A stretch of 64,000 nucleotides of DNA. It comes from an uncultured Thermococci archaeon. GTDB taxonomy: Archaea > CAYQAE01 > CAYVLA01. This document shows, piece after piece, positions 19,852-29,528 of the stretch. The notes beneath the pieces were generated by a model. That model did no database searches. It saw nothing but the letters and a program-made list of their open reading frames with translations, and was not told the DNA's origin. Location of the stretch: contig CAZJVP010000051.1 of the NCBI GenBank assembly GCA_964549615.1, positions 32,001 through 96,000 of the forward strand, given 5' to 3'. Each line of letters opens with the position of its first letter. The stretch's first letter is position 1. The position numbers were made by a program, and so were the translations under genes.

Positions 19852-20898
19852 CTATCCTCCGCCGTGATATCTGTCGTAGAAATCCAGTATCTCCTTTGGG
19901 GTGGCCGTTCCGGTCGTCCCGATCTTCTTTATCGTGACTTTGGCTGCCATGTCGCCGATCTCGGCAGCCTCAAGTAGGGTCGCGCCGCACGCCAGCGACC
20001 CCGCAATGCCCGCATCAACAGTATCGCCTGCTCCGCAGGTGTCTATCTCGCCCCCGATGACTACGGGGGGGACTTGTTGGACGGCGTCGCGATCGAATAT
20101 GGTGATCGCCTTCGGCCCTCTCTTGACGAACACCGGCTTGCCCAGGAGAGAGTTAAGCGTGCGCCCGGCCTTCTCGACGACGTCGTCGGGTGGAAGGCCG
20201 GCCATGCTATCCTCGTAGAGCCCTGTGCCCACCGTGGCCTCGTACTCGTTGGGGGCGGCCATCGTGTTCTTGAAGAGCTGTATTCTGACCCTGCTGTCCG
20301 ATATGATGGGCATATCGACCTCTCCAGCGATCCTCACCAGCTCTTGCAAGACCTTCTTGGTTATCACGGCGATCCCTGGCTTGTCCGCATAGTCGGCGAT
20401 GATCATAGCATCCACCAAGTCCTTGGCCTCGTTGAGCGATTCCAAGATCCTGTCCTCGCTAGCCTTGCTTATGGGGGAGACGTTCTCGATGTCCACCCTG
20501 CCAACCTGCTGTATTCGGCTTCCATGGGCAGAGGCGAAAAACTTCTCGAAGGTCGGAGTCACCCTGGACTCATCGACGACGATGTACCGGGTGTCCATCT
20601 TCCGGGCCTTGAGCTGCTTGGTGAGTTCGAACCCATGTAGATCCTCTCCGAAGACGCTGATGGGATACGTCTTGGGCCCGAAGTCCGCCACGTTTGCGCA
20701 TACGTTCGCCCCGCCGCCCGGCGAGTAGGTATCGGCTCCCCTTCCTCTGAGCCTCACGATCGGAACGGGAGCTTCCCTTGCTATCCCTTCCATGGTCCCG
20801 ATTCCGTATCTGTCAAGGTAAAGGTCACCGATCACTGCGATCTTTCGCTTGGATGCCTTGGATAGTATCTCTTGGAGCCTACTTCTGGAAATCGTCAC
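19852..20898 (-). CDS. PfkB-family sugar kinase, RfaE/HldE kinase-domain-like
   Basis: VIGDLYLDRY, REAPVP, PGGGANV, PNEYE, DTCGAGD. Confidence 0.85.
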   Translation of the reverse strand: MTISRSRLQEILSKASKRKIAVIGDLYLDRYGIGTMEGIAREAPVPIVRLRGRGADTYSPGGGANVCANVADFGPKTYPISVFGEDLHGFELTKQLKARKMDTRYIVVDESRVTPTFEKFFASAHGSRIQQVGRVDIENVSPISKASEDRILESLNEAKDLVDAMIIADYADKPGIAVITKKVLQELVRIAGEVDMPIISDSRVRIQLFKNTMAAPNEYEATVGTGLYEDSMAGLPPDDVVEKAGRTLNSLLGKPVFVKRGPKAITIFDRDAVQQVPPVVIGGEIDTCGAGDTVDAGIAGSLACGATLLEAAEIGDMAAKVTIKKIGTTGTATPKEILDFYDRYHGGG

Positions 20899-20963
20899 GC
20901 GGATTTCTCCTCGGCCGCAAGTTCGGACGCATGCTTGAAAACTCTCACGATCGGACCGAAAGC

Positions 20964-21869
20964 CTAGCGGCCCAGCGTCGTTTGCCGGGGGCCTCGGTCG
21001 AGGGAGCTGGCGATCGCGCCGATCGCCCTGCCGACCGTTGCCTCCGAAAGTTTCATGTCCCGGACGAGGTAGGCATGCGCGGCCGTCGGGTCAGGCCGCC
21101 GCAAGGACGATCTCCAGGCTGGGTTGACAGGCGGGTCTAGGTAGTACCTCTTGATGCGTAGAAACGTTCTTTCCATTTCGCCGTCCAGCCCCATCTGGGC
21201 TAGGACCGCGCTTATCGTGCGGAAGGTTCTGAGAAGCCGAAGGGATCTCTTCGGGCCCAGCCCCTTCACTCCGCCAGGGTTGTAATCCGTACCACTGAGA
21301 AGGGCCAGATCTATCAGCTGCCCCAGGTCCATGTCGAGTTTCTCAAGCACCTCCGGGAGGGCGCACGTCTCCGCACCCGTCTTGGACAGACGTATGATCA
21401 TCCGTGAAGCTCCAAAAAGCAGGGCATCGAAGTCGTTGGTCAGGGCTGCCCAGCACCCTCGTTTGGTCATGTATGCGGCCTGAGCCTCTGCTTCCTCAGG
21501 AGCCTGTACCCAGGGGACGCCCAGCACGTCCAGCGCCGCCTTCATCTGCTGCTTCATGGTCTCATCCAGGATGAAGCCCCTTCTTGCAGCCTCGACCGAG
21601 CGCTTGCGCATGGTCTCGTCTTTCAGTGCGGGCGTCTCCCCGTCGAAGACGAAGATGGGTCTGAGGCGGACTTGGCAGAGGGCCGCGACCTCGTTGCAAA
21701 GTCCGATGAGGTGACCGATCACCAGGCCGTCGGAGTTCCTGTACGGGGAACCGGTCGAGTCCCTGATCTGGAACAGGTGCCTATAGATCAGGTTCGCGGT
21801 GTCCACTGCCACCGTCCGCGACGCCAGAGCCGACGCCTCGACGTACGTGCGTGGAACGAGCTTCCCCAA
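20964..21869 (-). CDS. Divergent FEN1/XPG-family flap endonuclease
   Basis: AVDTAN, FVFDG, EAEAQAA, NDFDALLFG, GTDYNPGGVKGLGPK, C-terminal RQTTL. Confidence 0.85.
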   Translation of the reverse strand: MGKLVPRTYVEASALASRTVAVDTANLIYRHLFQIRDSTGSPYRNSDGLVIGHLIGLCNEVAALCQVRLRPIFVFDGETPALKDETMRKRSVEAARRGFILDETMKQQMKAALDVLGVPWVQAPEEAEAQAAYMTKRGCWAALTNDFDALLFGASRMIIRLSKTGAETCALPEVLEKLDMDLGQLIDLALLSGTDYNPGGVKGLGPKRSLRLLRTFRTISAVLAQMGLDGEMERTFLRIKRYYLDPPVNPAWRSSLRRPDPTAAHAYLVRDMKLSEATVGRAIGAIASSLDRGPRQTTLGR

Positions 21870-21891
21870 CTTCGCCCCCGTGGTGATCCCT

Positions 21892-22293
21892 CTAGCCCTT
21901 GATGATGTTGATCTCCAGTCTGCGCCGTCTTGGGCCGTCGAACTCGCAGAAGAAGATGGCCTGCCAGGTCCCGAGGCTCAGCCTCCCGTCCCTTATGGCC
22001 AAGGTCACCGAGTGGCCCAGAAGGCTGGACTTTATGTGGGCGGCGGAGTTACCCTCGGCGTGGCGGTAGGAGTTCCCCCAGGGCACAAGCTTCTCGAGCT
22101 TCGCCATTATGTCCTCGACGACGTCTGGGTCGGCACCCTCATTGATCATGATGCCGGCCGTGGTGTGGGGAACACAGATGACGCAGATGCCCTCGTCGAC
22201 CTTGCTTCCGCGGACGGCCGACTCGACGCGGTCGGTGACGTCCAGGGCTTGGGTTCTGGAAGAAGTGCCGATCTCAAGCTCGCAAGCGATCAT
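21892..22293 (-). CDS. yjbQ: YjbQ family (secondary thiamine-phosphate synthase) protein
   Basis: PHTTAG, NE, YRH.EGNSAAHIK, LGTWQ, EFDGPR. Confidence 0.92.
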   Translation of the reverse strand: MIACELEIGTSSRTQALDVTDRVESAVRGSKVDEGICVICVPHTTAGIMINEGADPDVVEDIMAKLEKLVPWGNSYRHAEGNSAAHIKSSLLGHSVTLAIRDGRLSLGTWQAIFFCEFDGPRRRRLEINIIKG

Positions 22294-22407
22294 TGCCGTC
22301 TGCCCTTCGAAGCCGGTTCGGACCTAGCTTATCTTTGCTTTCATCTGGGCATGCGATGCTGGCTGAACAACATTAAAGATCGAAACGCCAAAGATGGCGC
22401 CATCCCG

Positions 22408-23178
22408 GTGGTTTCCGTTCCACTTTTCGATCGCCTGAAGTACAGGGCGGGCATATTCGATCTGCGCGGGACCCTCGTCGATCTGGATGGTCGCTACAAG
22501 AAAGTCCTCTATCTGAAGACCGTAAGGGATTTCGGAAGGCGAACAGGCAACCGGTATTTGAGTTCATTCAACGAATCCGACTTGGAGCAGCTTCTCAGGA
22601 TGAGTGCCTCCAAGAGGGCCGAGGCATTGGAGCGGTTCGGGCTGGACCAGGAGACCTTCAACGAGGCCTGGCTCACTGACGATGCCCTGGCGATCAGGAT
22701 GAGGTACAGCCAGGTGCAGCCCGATGCTCGCGTGCTTCGGGTACTAAAGAGCAAGGGGGTTAAGCTTGGGATCGTGACCTCGGCCGTGAAGAGGGCCGCC
22801 GACATGGACGTGGGCCTACTGAAGGGCAAGATCGGCAGCAGGATATTCGACGAAGTCGTGATGACCTCCTACGAGCCAACCCTTGCGCCCAAGCCCGATC
22901 CATCCGCCATAAGGGCCTGCATGGCGAGGATGTCCGTCTCGCCCGACCAGACCTTCGGGGTTGGCAACTCTGACCGGGACATCGCCGCCTACAAGGCCGC
23001 AGGCATCCTCGACATCCTGATAGAGAGGCCAGGCGCGCTGGAGATGGGGGCTTCCGTAGAGAGAGGGTTGAAAGCGTCGATCAAGATCTCCAGCCTCGAG
23101 GAGCTAATCCCCATAGTCATACAGAGGGGATGGGTGTCAAGGCTCCTGTGGCGTCGACCCGTGCCTTCGGCGGTCTGA
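22408..23178 (+). CDS. HAD-superfamily hydrolase (atypical motif I)
   Basis: FDLRGTLVD, IVTS, KPDP, VGNSDRD. The N-terminal 200 aa in the ORF track is an antisense overlap with yjbQ. Confidence 0.8.
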   Translation: MVSVPLFDRLKYRAGIFDLRGTLVDLDGRYKKVLYLKTVRDFGRRTGNRYLSSFNESDLEQLLRMSASKRAEALERFGLDQETFNEAWLTDDALAIRMRYSQVQPDARVLRVLKSKGVKLGIVTSAVKRAADMDVGLLKGKIGSRIFDEVVMTSYEPTLAPKPDPSAIRACMARMSVSPDQTFGVGNSDRDIAAYKAAGILDILIERPGALEMGASVERGLKASIKISSLEELIPIVIQRGWVSRLLWRRPVPSAV

Positions 23179-23223
23179 TCCTCCTCCGAGCTCAGGCCGG
23201 GGGCTAGACCGAGCCTTCACAGC

Positions 23224-24414
23224 TCAGGCCAGGCCTAGGTCCCTGTTGATCTCCTCTTGGTATACCTCCACCTTGCAATCCAAGATGTCCTTGATGCTCA
23301 CCACTTCGCCCGTTGCAGAGGACTCGAATATCCCCATCGGGAGGGCTTCTGCTTCGGCGCCGAGCCGGCCATCGACCTCCACCTTGCCTCCGTCGAGCAC
23401 CGCCCTGGCGAAATCCCAGATCTCGATCGCCACCGTGGAGTTGAAGTCCCGTCTCATGCCGATGCCTCCTGGGAAGAGCTTAGCCTTCTGGTCGTCGCTC
23501 AGCTCTCTCAGCATCCAGCGTATGAGCCCGTCGACCGGCACGACGTGCTGACCGGGAACGTCCTCGGTCATGCTGCAAAGGCCCTTGTCCCAGCCCACGG
23601 ATCCTCTTGAGCCGTAGATGACCCTCTGCTCAAGGGACTCTCCCGGCGCGACGTTGCTCCAGGTCCACACCCCGCTCGACCCGCTCTTGAACTTCATCAG
23701 GGCGAGGCTCAGGTCCTCCACCGTGTACGGTGTCGGGTCCTTGCGCTCCGGCCACGAGCCGTACCTTACGCGCTCTAATGTCTTGGTTATCGCCGCCACC
23801 TTGTCTATGGGTCCCATGTTGTAGATGAAAAGGTCCGCATAGTGCACCCCCCCATCCAAGATCCAGCCCCCTCCAGCCTTCATCTTGTCGTGTCTCCAGC
23901 CCCATGCACCTAGGGAGTAGCTCAGCTGCTGCCAGAATATCATCCTTGGGTCCCCGATCTTTCCGGTGGAGATTGCCCAGTTTATAGCGCGGTTCTCGGC
24001 ACCCCTGCGATAGTTCTCGGCAACCGCGAGGATGAGGCCGTGGTCGTCGGCGGAGTCTATCATCGCCTTGCAGGCGCGCATCGTAATGCCCAGAGGCTTC
24101 TCCACGATGACGTGCTTTCCGGCCTCCATGCAGGCCAGTGCAATGGTGTGGTGGGATCGGTGTTCGGTGCAGATGTCAACTGCATCGATCTCCTCGGAGG
24201 CCAGCATCTTCTCGAGGTCCGTATACGCCTTAGGCATCTGCTTCTGAAACGCTGCTAAGTCTTTCGCCCTCTTCTGCGCAGCACCTTCGATCAGGTCGCA
24301 TGTTGCAACGACCTGCACGTCCGTCAGGCCCGCCGCGTTTAGCTGCCGAAGGCCCTCTACGTGGGCCCCAGATATTCCGCCGCACCCGATGAGTGCCATC
24401 CTGAGGGCAGCCAT
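23224..24414 (-). CDS. Gfo/Idh/MocA family oxidoreductase
   Basis: IGCGGI, GKHVIVEKPL, GGGWILDGGVH. Confidence 0.92.
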   Translation of the reverse strand: MAALRMALIGCGGISGAHVEGLRQLNAAGLTDVQVVATCDLIEGAAQKRAKDLAAFQKQMPKAYTDLEKMLASEEIDAVDICTEHRSHHTIALACMEAGKHVIVEKPLGITMRACKAMIDSADDHGLILAVAENYRRGAENRAINWAISTGKIGDPRMIFWQQLSYSLGAWGWRHDKMKAGGGWILDGGVHYADLFIYNMGPIDKVAAITKTLERVRYGSWPERKDPTPYTVEDLSLALMKFKSGSSGVWTWSNVAPGESLEQRVIYGSRGSVGWDKGLCSMTEDVPGQHVVPVDGLIRWMLRELSDDQKAKLFPGGIGMRRDFNSTVAIEIWDFARAVLDGGKVEVDGRLGAEAEALPMGIFESSATGEVVSIKDILDCKVEVYQEEINRDLGLA

Positions 24415-24500
24415 CTCGGTCACTGGCGCGCGCCTCGGTCCGGGCAAATATAAATGAGAACCGCGAGCCTCTTCAGGCTTGGCCGGCCCTACCAGCGTGG

Positions 24501-25358
24501 TCAATGACCTTTGCCCGCCTCAACGGGTCGGTCGCCGGCAAGCTGGGCTGGCGCTTTGGCGAAGTAGGTGACGATGACCAACCATGCCATGAAGAACCCG
24601 AAGCCGATCGCCGTGTGATAGTTCACCGCGACTTGGCCCCAGGCGATCACAGCGAAGACCACCGCGACGAGCCTCATTATGCTCGCAAGGTAGAATCCGA
24701 GCAGCGCTGCCGCGATCCAGCCCAGCTTCCTCGCGGTACTCTGCTTAGATTCGAGTATCGGGACGCACCCTATGAAGGCGAAAGCCATTATGCCCTTGAT
24801 GCCGGTGCAGCCATAATCGACCAAGAGCCCGCTCGGCGTGGAATCGGGAAGGAGGATCTTTGCTCCTTGGCTGGTGACCCGTCCACCGAGCATCCTCACC
24901 AGGGAGGCGACTACGCTGGCTAGCGTCTCTGCATAGCCCATGCGGTCGACGCAGAAACGTTCAACCGAGTAACCGGCGCCGATGATCCCGAGGAAGAGAG
25001 CGGGAACCCAGAAGACGACCAAGGGCCGGTAACCAAATAGCATTAGACAGAGGGCGAGGAAGACGCCGAGCATATCGAAGAGGCCGAAGATTCGGCTGGC
25101 TGGGTCTTGCAACAAAGACCTTATGACAACGCCGGCAATGAGTGCGGCGCCTAGAGCAACCTCCCAAAGCCTCGGCCTTTGCGCCAGACGGGGGTCCTTC
25201 TCCAAGTCACCCCATCTGAAGCCAAACCAGATCACCATGGTGAGTGGAACGACCCAGAAATACGTCCGGCTCGTGTGAAGCACGTAGAAGGTGAAGGGGT
25301 TGAGCAAGGCTAGGCAGAACAGGATGAGCAGCAGATGGAGTCGGCGCAGGGTCACCAT
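24501..25358 (-). CDS. Exosortase/archaeosortase-family transpeptidase
   Basis: Multi-TM protein with VDYGCTGIKG (Cys), SIMRL (Arg) and NYH (His) in the order of the exosortase triad. Confidence 0.8.
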   Translation of the reverse strand: MVTLRRLHLLLILFCLALLNPFTFYVLHTSRTYFWVVPLTMVIWFGFRWGDLEKDPRLAQRPRLWEVALGAALIAGVVIRSLLQDPASRIFGLFDMLGVFLALCLMLFGYRPLVVFWVPALFLGIIGAGYSVERFCVDRMGYAETLASVVASLVRMLGGRVTSQGAKILLPDSTPSGLLVDYGCTGIKGIMAFAFIGCVPILESKQSTARKLGWIAAALLGFYLASIMRLVAVVFAVIAWGQVAVNYHTAIGFGFFMAWLVIVTYFAKAPAQLAGDRPVEAGKGH

Positions 25359-25689
25359 CGTCCCTCCAAACGCCTTGGGCCGCGGCGTGTTTAATGCTTG
25401 CCCCTGCGGGAAGCGGGGATCGGGAAGGTCTCAATCCTGGGCCTGGACGCCTCCTGGCCGGGCCCGCCGGGCATGCACCTACAAGCAGGAAAGCGCGATT
25501 TTAGGCCGCATGCGCGGTCGCGGGACGTTAGAGCACGGATGATGGAGCGCGGATGTTAGAGCGCGCATGGCAGTCGAACGGCAACGTCACGAACCAAACC
25601 GTCCAAGATCCAAGCATGCCCGCCCACGGGAACCCCCCGACGTTGACCGGAAATCCCTTGACAAGAGATAAATACCGATCGGGCGGTGC

Positions 25690-28077
25690 GTGATGGGTGG
25701 GCGCCGAAGGATGAGCCGGCATATCCATGTCCTGCTCGCAGGGTTGGGTTTTCTGTGTCTGCTGCATCTGTGCATCGCCGACGCTGTGCAGACCTACATG
25801 GTTCCGATGAGGGATGGGGTGAGGCTGGCAACGGATGTCTACCTGCCGAGCGGGCAGGGCCCTTGGCCGACCATTCTAAGCCGCACCCCGTATGGCAGGT
25901 TCAGGATCGACGAGCTGACCGGGCGCGGCTACGCCGTGGTGACCCAGGACTGGAGAGGCTACTACGGATCCGAGGGCATCAAGATGCCTTTCGAGTCGGA
26001 TGGCTGGGGCGACCTCCAAGATGGGTACGATACGGTGGAGTGGATAGCGAGCCAGAACTGGTCGAACGGCAAGATCGGCACGTGGGGAGGATCGGCGCTG
26101 GGAATAACGCAGAACCTCATGGCCGGAAGCTACCCTCCACACCTCGTCTGCCAGCACATACTTGCCGGCGCGTCCGACCTCTACTCCCAGATGTTCTTCC
26201 AGGGCGGCGTCTTCCTGAAATCCATGGTGGAGTCCTGGTGGGCCGTGCACGGCACGCCCGAACACCTCGCGGAACTGCTGGCGCATCCCAGCTACGACCC
26301 AAGATGGGAGCTCTTGAACTCCGAGACGAGGGTCTCAGGAATGGCCTACCCCGCCCTGCATGTAGGCGGGTGGTACGACATCTTCCTGCAGGGCACCATA
26401 AACGCCTTCATGGAAAGGCAGTACAACGGCGGTCCGGGCTCGAAGGGCAACCAGAAGCTGGTCATTGGCCCCTGGTGGCACGGGGGGTTCGGAAAGACCA
26501 CGCAGGGTGAGCTGACCTTTCCGCCAAACTGCGTCTACACCGATGACTGGCTCGATACCTTCCGGCTCTACGACTACTGGCTAAAGGGCATCGACAACGG
26601 CTATACAGCCATTCCGACCGTTCGCTACTACGTGATGGGCGATGTTGACGATCCCTCGGCGCCAGGCAATGAATGGAGGTCTGCGGATGGGTGGCCCATC
26701 CAGCACACCAACATCTCCCTTTACCTATCCGAAGTTGGCCTGAGCTTCCAGCCCGGCCCGGCCGGCGCAAGAAGCTACCATTATGATCCGAACAACCCTG
26801 TCCCCACCGTCGGGGGCGCTAATCTGGTTCTTCCATCAGGTCCGATGGATCAAAGGAAGGTCGAGGAGAGAAGCGACGTGCTCGTCTTCACAAGCGAGCC
26901 CCTGGACTACCCCGTGGAGGTAACCGGGAGGGTCTTCGTGGAGCTCTTCGCATCATCATCGTGTCCCGACACCGACTTCATGGCTAAGCTGACCGATGTA
27001 TATCCCGACGGACGTTCGATGCTCGTGCTTGATGGGGCAATCCGTGCGCGACACAGAAACTCGATGGAGGCGGAGGATTTCATGGAGCCGGGCAACGTCT
27101 ACGAATTCAGGATCGATCTATGGTCGACCAGCATCGTGTTCAACAAGGGACACAGGATCAGGGTCGACATAACGTCCAGCAACTACCCCAGGTTCGATCC
27201 CAACCCCAACACGGGACATCCCTTCAGGGCCGACGCCGAGACGAGGATTGCCAATAACACCGTCTACTATGGGGAGCTGTACCCTTCGAGGATCGTATTG
27301 CCCTTGGCCGGCCCGGACACGGATGGCGATGGCCTCTACGACATCATGGATCCCTTCCCCCGCCGCGCCGGGCCGATGCCGACGCTGGAGGAAATGCACG
27401 GGGAGATGCAATCCCTAGATGGCTTGATCGCCTCGGTCAAGGACCTCAAGCTGCTGCGCATCTTGGAGGAGGGCAGCCGAGTTGCGAAGGCACGCTTGAC
27501 GGAAGGCGACCTAGTCGCCGCAGGGCACTTGGTGGACACCCTGGAGGCATGTCTGCCCTACGACCCCTACGAGATCTCGCTCGCGGAGGCGCGCGGGCTT
27601 GTGGACGCTGCTCTCGACGAGGCATCTGCGGCTTTGCGCGAGGGCAGGCTCCTAGACACGATCGAATGCGTACGGACGGGTTGGATGCTCGGTACCCTCA
27701 GGACCGGACTGGAGGGGGGTCGCGCGGGTCCCCTCCTCCGCTACCTCTCGGAAGCTCTGGACCTGTTGAGGGCCGGCCGATGCTCCGATGCAGGAAGGCT
27801 TGCGGGGTGGACCAATCGAACTGATGTCAGGTCGCTGGCCGTGAGAATCCAGATCGCCAAGGAGGCAGGGGCCGCCCCATCGGATCTGGCGATGATCGAG
27901 TCGATGATGGACTCGGCGAAGGACAGGTTCCTGCTGCGTCAGTTCGCTGGCTCGGACTCGATGCTCGCGATCATCGATCAGAGGCTTGCAAGCTTGGGAT
28001 TCCCGGTGGCCGAGAGATGGTCCCTCGCGTGTCTGGTTGCGGCCCTGCTGACGTATGGAAGGCGCAGGATCGTCTGA
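25690..28077 (+). CDS. Secreted CocE/NonD (peptidase S15) hydrolase with C-terminal helical domain and putative sorting signal
   Basis: MRDGVRLATDVYLP, RTPYG, QDWRG, GGSALG, GWYD, IGPWWHG, ITSSNYPRF, DTDGDG; C-terminal PVAE-TM-GRRR. Confidence 0.9.
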   Translation: MMGGRRRMSRHIHVLLAGLGFLCLLHLCIADAVQTYMVPMRDGVRLATDVYLPSGQGPWPTILSRTPYGRFRIDELTGRGYAVVTQDWRGYYGSEGIKMPFESDGWGDLQDGYDTVEWIASQNWSNGKIGTWGGSALGITQNLMAGSYPPHLVCQHILAGASDLYSQMFFQGGVFLKSMVESWWAVHGTPEHLAELLAHPSYDPRWELLNSETRVSGMAYPALHVGGWYDIFLQGTINAFMERQYNGGPGSKGNQKLVIGPWWHGGFGKTTQGELTFPPNCVYTDDWLDTFRLYDYWLKGIDNGYTAIPTVRYYVMGDVDDPSAPGNEWRSADGWPIQHTNISLYLSEVGLSFQPGPAGARSYHYDPNNPVPTVGGANLVLPSGPMDQRKVEERSDVLVFTSEPLDYPVEVTGRVFVELFASSSCPDTDFMAKLTDVYPDGRSMLVLDGAIRARHRNSMEAEDFMEPGNVYEFRIDLWSTSIVFNKGHRIRVDITSSNYPRFDPNPNTGHPFRADAETRIANNTVYYGELYPSRIVLPLAGPDTDGDGLYDIMDPFPRRAGPMPTLEEMHGEMQSLDGLIASVKDLKLLRILEEGSRVAKARLTEGDLVAAGHLVDTLEACLPYDPYEISLAEARGLVDAALDEASAALREGRLLDTIECVRTGWMLGTLRTGLEGGRAGPLLRYLSEALDLLRAGRCSDAGRLAGWTNRTDVRSLAVRIQIAKEAGAAPSDLAMIESMMDSAKDRFLLRQFAGSDSMLAIIDQRLASLGFPVAERWSLACLVAALLTYGRRRIV

Positions 28078-28247
28078 CGCCGCCGTCTGGATCCTAGTTG
28101 GTGTCAAGAGGGTTGAGCACCGGTACGAAGATCGGGTGAGGCGGACGCGGCCGCCTCCGCCGAATCACTGTCTCCGGATGGGAGTGAGGAACGCCGGAAA
28201 AAGAGTTAAGAGGTTCCACAAGAGACGCACACTGCGGAGGGGGTAGG

Positions 28248-29495
28248 ATGCGGCCTTGGCAGTTTCCGGGCTGCCTCATACAAGGCTTTGTTGCGCTTGC
28301 CTTGCTTGCGCCGGCCTGCCTAGGAGCCGGAAGGCTCAACATCTTGGCCATCGGCCAGGTAATGCCCGGCGAATGCTTGGTCCCGATGTGGTTTGACGCC
28401 GATCCGCTGGTGAGCTACGTCCTCATACCGACCGATATCGACGTCATGGGCGGACAGGGCGTCGCGGGACAGCGCGTCATGGAGGATGCATGGCGCAGGT
28501 ACATAAGGATCTACTTCCCAAAGACCAGGCAAGCTCTTGTCCAGGGCTTTGAGTTCCTCGTTTTCCCCGACGGATACATCGAGCCCTTCACCGCCGCCCA
28601 GAAATCCGACATCAGGTACGCGTTGGAGAACGGCCTCGGGGCCTTCGTGACGATGGGCGGGGACCTTTCGGGTCCGACATACAAGTCCTATCCAGGTTGG
28701 AAGAACTCCGTGCTTTACGAGCTCATGCCCGTCGAGTTGACCGACAACATGAGGCAGGATGGATCTGTTTTCACCATCAAGGTGCTCAAGGATGACCCTG
28801 CCGTTCTTTCGGCTTTCATTCCCTTCGGCATAGAAAGGGTACCCGGATCCGGTTTCACCTACCTATATCCCAGGGAAGGCGCCACGACTTGGGCCCGGCT
28901 TTTCTCCAGCGGACTTCCCTTAGGGGCGCCAGGCGCCTGGCTTGTGTCCTGGAGGTGTGGGCCCAATGGCGGGGACTTCTGGACGGTTGCGGATGACCTT
29001 GATCATCCGTGGTGGTCGTTCCAGCGAAACCAATACAATATGGACATATTCCTCAACATTCTTCTGTATTCGACCGGCCGCAGGCTCCCCGACGACATCC
29101 TCCTGATCCATGACCTGCGGAATCGCTACTGGAAGTACAACCAGGAAAAACTCTTGTTGATGTCGCTGCTTGAGTTCGTGGATAGGTTCGGGGGAAACAC
29201 GCGGTCGATCGAGAACGAGATAGGGGCAGTGGACCAGGAGAAGGAGACGTCGTTTGACCAGTATAGGCGCCAGGAGTTCAGCGAAGCATTGGACACGATA
29301 GACGCAGCCATAAAGAGGATCCTAGAGACGGCAAACAACGCAATGAAGCTGAAGGACCGCGCCTTGATGTGGGTATACGTGACGGAGTGGTCTGCCGTTA
29401 CGGGGACGCTGGCGGTGTCGGGCTTGGTGGTCTACAGCCTCCTGGTGAAGAGGAGACTGTACAAGGAAGTGAGGGTTACTCGATCGGGAGCCTAG
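28248..29495 (+). CDS. Membrane-anchored GATase-like surface protein, paralog family member 2
   Basis: Signal peptide; RRYIRIYFP, GLGAFVTMGG, GWKNSVLYELMPV, WVYVTEW-TM-RRLYKEV. Confidence 0.8.
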   Translation: MRPWQFPGCLIQGFVALALLAPACLGAGRLNILAIGQVMPGECLVPMWFDADPLVSYVLIPTDIDVMGGQGVAGQRVMEDAWRRYIRIYFPKTRQALVQGFEFLVFPDGYIEPFTAAQKSDIRYALENGLGAFVTMGGDLSGPTYKSYPGWKNSVLYELMPVELTDNMRQDGSVFTIKVLKDDPAVLSAFIPFGIERVPGSGFTYLYPREGATTWARLFSSGLPLGAPGAWLVSWRCGPNGGDFWTVADDLDHPWWSFQRNQYNMDIFLNILLYSTGRRLPDDILLIHDLRNRYWKYNQEKLLLMSLLEFVDRFGGNTRSIENEIGAVDQEKETSFDQYRRQEFSEALDTIDAAIKRILETANNAMKLKDRALMWVYVTEWSAVTGTLAVSGLVVYSLLVKRRLYKEVRVTRSGA

Positions 29496-29528
29496 AAAAG
29501 TGGGTCTCGCCTTTTCCCCGTCGGTTGC

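Noticed and set aside
21799-22407. Apparent 200-aa N-terminal extension of the HAD ORF
   Set aside because: Antisense to yjbQ; HAD motif I lies just after 22408.
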